64,000 nt of DNA from Glycera tridactyla (lineage: Eukaryota), in assembly GCA_965644265.1 (NCBI GenBank), contig OZ286466.1, forward strand, positions 39,866,001 to 39,930,000, read 5' to 3'. Under the pieces are notes generated by a model. It did no database searches and had not been told where the DNA came from. It saw only the letters and a program-made list of their open reading frames with translations. A program made the position numbers and the translations under genes. Positions 1-7,601 of this stretch are shown here, in pieces; the stretch's first letter is position 1, and each line of letters starts with the position of its first letter.

Positions 1-177
1 CAAACGATAGGGACTTTCGTTTTCTTTATACACCAATGTGTTCAGCAAATGAAATATTTCACTTGGCTTGCCATCCATCGATTGTTGCGCGATCAATCGA
101 TCATGGCGCTAACGAGAGATCGTTTGTAGGCGCAGCGCTATCAGCCGATCGCGCTGATCGGTCGTTGGCGCATAACA
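1..177 (+). mobile_element. Right part of a CGATCG-rich TGT...ACA MITE copy (left part lies before the window)
   Basis: Same sequence as the right end of the 240-837 copy (ttggcttgccatccatcgatt...gttggcgcataaca). It ends at 177 and is followed by AAAT, the same internal site used by the 1105-1670 insertion. Confidence 0.7.
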
Positions 178-239
178 AAATCAAGATGTAGTACATACAA
201 TCGATGGGGGATTGAGTTTTCTTCATATCTCAATGTATA

Positions 240-837
240 TGTTTCCCGCCATCGACGGATCTGCGCGATCGGCCGATAGCGCTGCGCCAACGATCGATTG
301 GCCGATGGCGCAAGAATCGATCGATGGCGCTGCGCTATCGATAGCCAAGGAAGAGAGGGCACGCACACGGCAATGTGAATAACGAAAGTTTGCCGTGAAT
401 CGTGACTTTTAACCCATATTTGGAGGGGATAAACACATTAAAAAATTATGAAACCTCCGTCCCATACTCCATCATTCATGGTCTTTACATACCCATGTTC
501 GCTTTTGCTGTATATGGAGTGGTTGCTGAAATATCCAGCATTAAAGTGAGAGATCGGCCGGTGAAAAAACAAAATGGCGGCGATTGTTTACATCCGATAT
601 CGCCGACTTTCGGGCAAGATTTAACGACATGAATACATTGAAATCAAGATGTAATACATGCAGTTGATGGGGAATTTTGTTATCTTCATAACTCAATGTA
701 TATAATGAATGAAATCTGTCAATTGGCTTGCCATCCATCGATTCTTGCGCGATCGATCGATCATGGCGCCAACAAACGATCGGTCGTGCGCGCAGCGCTA
801 TCAGCCGATCGCGGTGATCGGCCGTTGGCGCGTAACA
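240..837 (+). mobile_element. Non-autonomous DNA transposon (MITE, ~600 bp) with TGT...ACA termini
   Basis: Left end tgtttcccgccatcgacggatctgcgc, right end ...gatcggccgttggcgcgtaaca (imperfect TIRs). Flanks TATA (236-239) and TTTA (838-841) form a probable 4-bp TSD. Removing the element restores the family-internal sequence caatgTATAta..aatgaaat. Confidence 0.75.
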
Positions 838-912
838 TTTATAGCAAATGAAATCTGTCAATTGGCTTACGGCTAACGGCCGATCGCGCTGATCGACCGT
901 TGGCGCTTAACA
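838..912 (+). mobile_element. Right end (internally deleted) of the host MITE copy interrupted by the 240-837 insertion; its other visible piece is 178-239
   Basis: Continues the family consensus (aaatgaaatctgtcaattggctt) and ends in gttggcgcttaaca. Confidence 0.6.
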
Positions 913-916
913 AATA

Positions 917-1093
917 CAGTGAAACCTGTCTTAAGTGAAAAGTCACGGGACCAAATTTTTCTTTCACTTAAGACAGGATTTTGCTTAGCGCAGGACAATT
1001 ATAGTGAGAAGAAAACATCCGGGCCGATTGTGGGGTATGTGCTTAAGACAGGATTTTGCCTAGCGCAGGTTTACTCTCGAGCAGGTTTCACTG
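917..1093. mobile_element. Tc1/mariner-type MITE (177 bp)
   Basis: Perfect 12-bp TIR cagtgaaacctg / caggtttcactg flanked by TA (915-916, 1094-1095). Internal 15-bp inverted repeat ctgtcttaagtgaaa / tttcacttaagacag and a duplicated 28-bp block cttaagacaggattttgcYtagcgcagg. Confidence 0.9.
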
Positions 1094-1104
1094 TACATTG
1101 AAAT

Positions 1105-1670
1105 TGTTACGCGCCATCGACCGATCTGCGCGATCGGCCGATAGCGCTGCGCCAATGACCGATCGGTCGTTGGCGCCATGATCGATCGATCGCGCAACAA
1201 TCGATGGATGGCAAGCCAGTTGACATATTTCATTCGTTATATACATTGAGGTATGAAGAAAACTAAATTCCCCATCGATCGGATGTACTACACCTTGATT
1301 TTAATGTATTTATGTCGTTAAATATTGGCCGAAAGTGGGCGATATCGGAGGTGAACAATGGCCGCCATTTTGTTTTTTCACTCACCGATCTCTCACTTTG
1401 ATGCTAGATATTTCAGCAACCGCTCAGTATACATCAAAAACGAATACGGCGTTATAATCGCGAGAGTCTAAAGAGTAATTGATAGGAGTTTCACAATTTT
1501 TCAATGTGTTTGTCACCCCCAAATACGAGTGCAAAGTTACGATTTACGGCAAACTTCCGTGATACGTCTACGAAATCTCCTCCGCGGCCATCGATAGCGC
1601 AGCGCGATCGATCGATTCCTTGGCGCAGCGCCATCGGGCGACGGCGCAGATCCGTCGATGGCGCGTAACA
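1105..1670 (-). mobile_element. Non-autonomous DNA transposon (MITE, 566 bp), same family as 240-837, opposite orientation
   Basis: 27-bp TIR tgttacgcgccatcgac[c/g]gatctgcgc with one mismatch; perfect 4-bp TSD AAAT (1101-1104, 1671-1674). The interior is the reverse complement of 240-837. Confidence 0.9.
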
Positions 1671-1867
1671 AAATCAAAATGCAGTACATACAATCGATGG
1701 GGAATTTAGTTTTCTTCATACCTCAATGTATATAACGAATGAAATATGTCAACTGGCTTGCCATCCATCGATTGTTGCGCGATCGATCGATCATGGCGCC
1801 AACGACCGATCGGTTGTTGGCGCAGCGCTATCGGCCGATCGCGCAGATCGGTCGTTGGCGTGTAACA
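1671..1867 (+). mobile_element. Right part of the outer host MITE copy
   Basis: Continues tacattgAAATcaa..atg.. exactly as at 635-837 and ends gttggcgtgtaaca at 1867. Confidence 0.75.
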
Positions 1868-2542
1868 CACAGGCGCGCGGATCGAGTTGCGAGTAGGGTA
1901 GTGAATGAGAGAAGGTGCTACACTCGGCGATCGGGGCTGGGCAGCTGATCGGACTTGTCCCAGTACAAGCTGGATTTCTTTGTTAAATGAGCAACCAAAA
2001 CGCCCCTTGTAGGATGAGACTGTAGAAAACAAATTTATCTACCTACATAACCAGTCAATAATATTCTGTGTCCATCCAATTCCATGTAAATTGACTCGGA
2101 GCAGGCAGATTTAATCTCAAATAGTTCATGAATCCAAGATGGCCGAATCCCTGGCATGCTACAAGAACCCCCCAGTGAACATGGGTGAGAGGGTACCAGG
2201 AGAATTTCGCATTGCATGCTGGTCCAAATCCAGAGTAAACATCCCATCACAAATTTCACACACACATTTCTTGAATGAAAACTTCAAGGTGCTGAGTCAA
2301 TACAGACCTGGTGGTTGCAAGAAGGGTTATAGGAACATAATTTCTTCAAGATGGCTGACGGGTAAACACGGCCGTGAATGTTCCGGGGAATTACAAGCTG
2401 TGTAACTACGTAATGGATAACTGTACGATATTGTAAATGGACTGATACACACATGAGATACCTGGGAACAGGGGATTAATTGGATTATACATGTTCAAGA
2501 TATACGAAATGGGATATGGAGTAATTATATCACACAATAATT

Positions 2543-3385
2543 TTGGAAGTAGACATGTCGAACATAGAGTGTGGACAGGTTGGTACACCGGTAGTCGCTG
2601 ACACTGGAAATAAACGTGTTCTAAGTCCCGATAGCGATACGTCTATTTTAGAAGACAAAAGAACAAAACTAAGCACGTCAATGAATCAGGCTACGAAAGA
2701 CGATTCTTTTGATGATATTCACGAATCATTTAATGAATCAGAACTGAATATGGTCTCCACACAGAAGACAATGGATACTATAAGTCAATTAGAAACAACG
2801 TCGAGTGAATCAAGCCATTTTGAATCGTTTGCCATACAAAGCGAGGAAGAGGGTGACGAGTCGGAGTGCCCAGACCGAGAAGTTACGAAAACAGCCGAAG
2901 ATGATACGGGGCTTTCAATAGCAGGAATCGCAACACGTGCTCGCCACAAAAACACGTGTGTCTCCGATGATGAAGAAATCGTTCCAAATGCTCAGAATAA
3001 AGTGACAACAAATGCATCATGCTATATCCCCGATGAATCTGTCACTATTAAACCTGGTGGTGATCATGGTGAAACACTACCTTCAAGTGGTGTATCACAG
3101 GATATAGTAATGATAAAATCTACGACAAATGGTGATGAGTATTTGGCAGCAGCGGCAAGTGTTGAGGTTCATGCTACAACTCCCGAGACAGCTTTGGAAT
3201 TGAGTATAAAGGTGGGAGTAAATGCCTACTTGGAGTCTAATGCCTTCAGTAGAATAATCTCAGACAAGGTACAATATCATTTATCCCAAAGCATTATCCC
3301 AGTGGGTAGCGAAAAACACGAAATTGAAACACTGAGTATCTACAGAGACATGCTTATCAACATGTTCAACAAAATATGGAACTAA
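2543..3385 (+). CDS. LINE ORF1 N-terminal part (acidic, Ser/Thr-rich, probably disordered; 280 aa)
   Basis: Long ORF that overlaps the start of the RRM-bearing ORF by 10 nt. No recognisable domain. Confidence 0.6.
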   Translation: MEVDMSNIECGQVGTPVVADTGNKRVLSPDSDTSILEDKRTKLSTSMNQATKDDSFDDIHESFNESELNMVSTQKTMDTISQLETTSSESSHFESFAIQSEEEGDESECPDREVTKTAEDDTGLSIAGIATRARHKNTCVSDDEEIVPNAQNKVTTNASCYIPDESVTIKPGGDHGETLPSSGVSQDIVMIKSTTNGDEYLAAAASVEVHATTPETALELSIKVGVNAYLESNAFSRIISDKVQYHLSQSIIPVGSEKHEIETLSIYRDMLINMFNKIWN

Positions 3386-4593
3386 TTATACCAGAGGTTG
3401 AGCATCGCTTCAAGACAGACATGGAGAATTACGTAGAGACCTCTGTAAATCACAGCACAATGCGCTGTAAGGCTGAACTTCTCACTAAACATCAGCAACT
3501 AGTACAAGTGGTAGAAAAACAACAAAAAGAAATCAAGACTCTTGGAACCGAACTCGCCATGATGTCAGCATCTGTTAACCAAGAACTGATTGAACTAAAG
3601 AGGGATATTGCCACCATAGAGACACCAACGTATGGTGATGAAGGGTTTATGGATAATGTTCGAGAAGCCCTAGGTCAGATATCACTGTTAGTGAGTGAAC
3701 ACCATGATCGCATCGACCAGACAGAATATGATGTTGACGCATTGCAGAAAATTGAAAGAATGAATGTTGTCATAATAGAGGGTCTACCTGTGAACAAGAA
3801 CACCACCTTACATGATCATGTGATTGAATTCTTCAACAAGGAAACTGATCTAAAACTAAGAGTGGGTGATATATGTCAAGTTGTCAGGTATGGGCCTGTG
3901 CGTGAAAATCGACCACTTTCAGTAAAAATCAGGGCATCATCTACTGAACTTAGTAGACAAATTTTGAAGCAGAAAGCAAAATTGAGGGGAACAGAATATT
4001 TCTTAAGGGAGCAACTCACTCCCTGGGAGGCTAGGCTTTTCCATTCTGCTAAAGATGCCAAAGGCAAAGGGCTGCTAAGTAATGTATGGACGCAGGATGG
4101 GAGAGTTTTTGTCTCACATGGAAGGGAGTTGCCAAAGATTTTGTTAACTAATGACCAATCACTCTTGAGTGCAATAAATAAGGGAGGTCATAACACCAAT
4201 GAGCTGACAGTAAGGGATGAGGCACAAGCCCTTGAGAAAGAAACTACAGAGAATGATACTACAAAAGCACATGATGCTACTCTAACCACTGATCATAAAA
4301 TAGTGGAGGGAGAAAATTCTGAATCTGTAAAGGATATAAAAGATATAGCAATTTCACTGAAGAATATTAGAACTCGCATAGCAGGAAAAGAGAAAACTAA
4401 TGCAGAAAATAAATCAAAGAATAAGAAAACTAAAGGAATAGAATCTTATTTCCTAGATCCAGAAGAATTTCCTAGCCTAGTACAAAATCCAGGAGAGGAG
4501 CATGTAAATAGTTCGGTATTACGGGCTGATGACTTTCGAACAGTTCGCGGAAGGCGAACCCGCGGTTCAAATCGCGGTGTACGTAAGCAATAA
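3376..4593 (+). CDS. LINE ORF1 protein: coiled coil + RRM + CTD (L1/Crack-type RNA-binding ORF1p), basic tail
   Basis: Heptad-rich helix (LVQVVEKQQKEIKTLGTEL...), then NVVIIEGLP...RYG...RPLSVKI and FLREQLTPWEARLF...VWTQDGRVFV, the pattern typical of non-LTR ORF1p. Confidence 0.85.
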   Translation: MELIIPEVEHRFKTDMENYVETSVNHSTMRCKAELLTKHQQLVQVVEKQQKEIKTLGTELAMMSASVNQELIELKRDIATIETPTYGDEGFMDNVREALGQISLLVSEHHDRIDQTEYDVDALQKIERMNVVIIEGLPVNKNTTLHDHVIEFFNKETDLKLRVGDICQVVRYGPVRENRPLSVKIRASSTELSRQILKQKAKLRGTEYFLREQLTPWEARLFHSAKDAKGKGLLSNVWTQDGRVFVSHGRELPKILLTNDQSLLSAINKGGHNTNELTVRDEAQALEKETTENDTTKAHDATLTTDHKIVEGENSESVKDIKDIAISLKNIRTRIAGKEKTNAENKSKNKKTKGIESYFLDPEEFPSLVQNPGEEHVNSSVLRADDFRTVRGRRTRGSNRGVRKQ

Positions 4594-5122
4594 CTTCGAA
4601 CAGACCACCACCGGAAATGAAAGCGGACAGACTATTAGATTATTTCTTCGTAGTTTTCTCTACATTATGGCATCCACGACACGTTATATCACCGAACGCA
4701 GGCATACAGATCGTCTCCAGGGCTTCGTCAATGTAGTAAGTCATTGTGGCAGCATGTATAGTGCGATTATTGCTCGTATGAGAGGAATTAGTTACGGTCA
4801 AACACGTGGCGCGCACACGTGCGCGTGTCACCTTATATTTCTCTAGTAAATACAGCTACACATGCCGGAAGAACGAGAGTAACTAGGAACCTTTAACCAT
4901 ATCATACACAATGATAACACTTGAAGTCATATTTAATCTAGACTAACTGTTACTGGATTGATATCGAGAATGAAAATTGATATAATACATGCCATACACT
5001 ATAATGTAGACATGCATTAGCACAACTTAGATTTTTCGTATATTAATAATTACCGTCTCTTCTAGATGTAAAAATGACTACGTACCTTAATATTGTTAAA
5101 TAAGATTTCTAAATAGACCCAT

Positions 5123-6034
5123 TTGATTTCCTTGCAGAAAAACCTGAACGAAGCTGAGCATATAGCCAGGGAACGCGTGAATCTGGTATCAGCAACTTGC
5201 CCAGTAACGCGCAGGCACCACCTACTTGACAACTATGACCATCCGGATGTTCTCATACTAGGAAGCAGTCATGTTTGGAGAATGGGTGATTTTGTGAAAA
5301 AAGAGCTACCAGATACCTCTAGTATTAAACCTCTACTGCTAGAATGGCACTACTATGGCATCAGTGGTGCGGGATGGGGTACCTTTGCCAATGAAATAAC
5401 TGGTGTCTTTAGCAAGACTAGACATGGACTGAAGAAGCTACATCGATATGGGAATACCTTGTCAAAGCTCAAGAAACTGCAGATAAATCCAAACTACATA
5501 GTGCTTGTTCTGGGATCGAATGACATTGATCGCTACAATCAAAAAGTGAACAATTTGACAAATAGAACCAGGGATCCTAGAATTTTGAAGAGGGAGCTTA
5601 GAGCCCTGAGAATTACAAATTTTAATAAGATTACACATGATGTTATTACAGTGCTTGCACTACTGAGAAAGGAGTTTCCAGAATCCAAACTGTGTACAAT
5701 ACCTATCACATGGAGACCAGTATGGGGAGATGAGGCCAGAGCCTTGGCAGTGTGGGTGGATAACTTTATTCGTAAAAGACAAAATCCACCTATGTCTATG
5801 CATACTGTCAAAGTTCTCAATACTCACCAATTATTTGTGAAAACACACAAGACAAACAACACAACACAAAATTTGCAATCTCTTCCTATTGGTAGAAGAA
5901 AACCATGCAAACACGGAGATATTCTGTGTGGAATGTTCCAACCAGATAGGATTCACTTGAACAAGTATGGAAATCAGGGCCTTGCAATATCGATAATTGG
6001 TCAAATATTGGGTAACTGGTTTCCTATGATCTGA
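5123..6034 (+). CDS. SGNH/GDSL-family esterase (true start uncertain; probable exon starting at 5138)
   Basis: All four SGNH blocks are present in order: LILGSSH (5261-5272), GISG, VLGSND and PDRIHLN (DxxH). The first in-frame ATG (5282) lies after block I. Confidence 0.85.
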   Translation: MISLQKNLNEAEHIARERVNLVSATCPVTRRHHLLDNYDHPDVLILGSSHVWRMGDFVKKELPDTSSIKPLLLEWHYYGISGAGWGTFANEITGVFSKTRHGLKKLHRYGNTLSKLKKLQINPNYIVLVLGSNDIDRYNQKVNNLTNRTRDPRILKRELRALRITNFNKITHDVITVLALLRKEFPESKLCTIPITWRPVWGDEARALAVWVDNFIRKRQNPPMSMHTVKVLNTHQLFVKTHKTNNTTQNLQSLPIGRRKPCKHGDILCGMFQPDRIHLNKYGNQGLAISIIGQILGNWFPMI

Positions 6035-7601
6035 CTGCCTTCTCTCTCTATGTGGTAGATTACCAAACATGTATACTTCATTCCAACTTCTGTGTGATTG
6101 TAGTGTAATCAGATGTTCCAAGTCGACCAACAATGAAGATGTATAGAGATGAGTATTTTCTTCGGACCAAACTTGTAACCATCATTGTAAGTGACCTTTA
6201 AACCTTCCAGGTGTGGTTATGGTGTAGAGCTGCATGAGTACTTTGTTTCCAGGTTGTAATGGAGAATTGATGCAAGAAGTGTACTTCGAATGATCTATAC
6301 AATATTAAAAGTTAAATTTGAAAGGTCAATTGAAATAGATGTGTGATAACAATAGTGGGTGTAATCACAGACTAAGTTATATCCAGCATGTGTTTTGAAT
6401 GTTTTCTTCCTTCTAGACTATTGACTAGGACTTACCCAGTAACTGACATAGAGAACTGATATTTGACCGAGTTGCTGAGGTCCCGTATTGTGTAATAGAA
6501 TGCCTGAAAATGAGATTTTAGAGTAAATTCCATTTTATTTTGAAAATCTTCCATCCACTGGTATACTGGTACTCCTACATACATGCTGTGGTCTACTATG
6601 TCTTATTTATGGATGATGAATATGATAGACCAAATTTAACTGATTGAAAGCACATCCACTCACTGACACTCCTATATACATACTGTGGTCTGCTGGGTTT
6701 GAGTGGTGGTGCTGGAAATACTGGGATAATAGAACCCATTGATCATTGAAAACTTTGGTTAAAGTATACAGGTATTCAAGAATGAGATGATTATAACCAC
6801 AAAGATTATTGGAATGTACAAATGATTTACTAGAACTTGGTATATGCTAGTAGTGTGTCTCTCAAGGAGTATGATGAGCACTTTCAAAAATGATATGGAT
6901 ACATATAAACTGATGTTAATGTGATAACCAAATCCATAGTAAATAGACTTGAAATATGAATATTAAATTGAGAGGAAGCTATGGATGTTTTGTCTAATGA
7001 TCTGTTTTATGACCTGTCTAAATTCTGCTGAGAGAATGAATGTGACTACGATGCCAACATGAGCCGTTTTTCACGCCGTTTTTCACTTTTGATTTATTTT
7101 TCGATATTTTTGGTACTTTTGATATTTTTATTTTTGTGAAAAATCTTACTTTATTTTCCTTTTTGCAGTTGATTTACATTGCTCGCTGGCATTTTTCCTC
7201 ACTATTATTTTGTATTTTGTATTTTGACCTTTCTCAGTTTTCTATCTAGTATCTAGCCGCTGTTTTTGTTTCAGGATGTTGGATCTGAGAATAACTTGTT
7301 TGCTTATTTTGATGTCCTTATGTGATTTTCGAGCATATTGTGCCAATTAGAATCCCAATTAGAACCCATGTACCTCATGTGGTTAATTAGATTATTTTAA
7401 AAATTAGTTAAAATGAATTCTTGTGTAATCAAGTATGTACCCCCATGAACAGGGATACTACCTAGCACAGAGTCTATTCCCCTGGAAGTCATTCTTGGAG
7501 CATATTCATTTCGTGGCCATCTTGTCTTGTATTAGAGCTAATATAATTAGCGAAATTTATCAAATTAATCTATTCTCTCTTTCTTTTACTAACGATATAT
7601 A

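Noticed and set aside
1-1867. CRISPR-like or prokaryotic palindromic (HIP1-like) array
   Set aside because: There is no constant repeat/unique spacer periodicity, the context is eukaryotic, and TIR/TSD nesting explains the structure.
141-2032. Short ORFs on both strands at the window start
   Set aside because: They lie within the CGATCG-rich MITE copies; the similar peptides simply reflect the repeats.
2139-2405. 88-aa ORF as a separate LINE ORF0
   Set aside because: No recognisable motif; it is noted only as a uORF.
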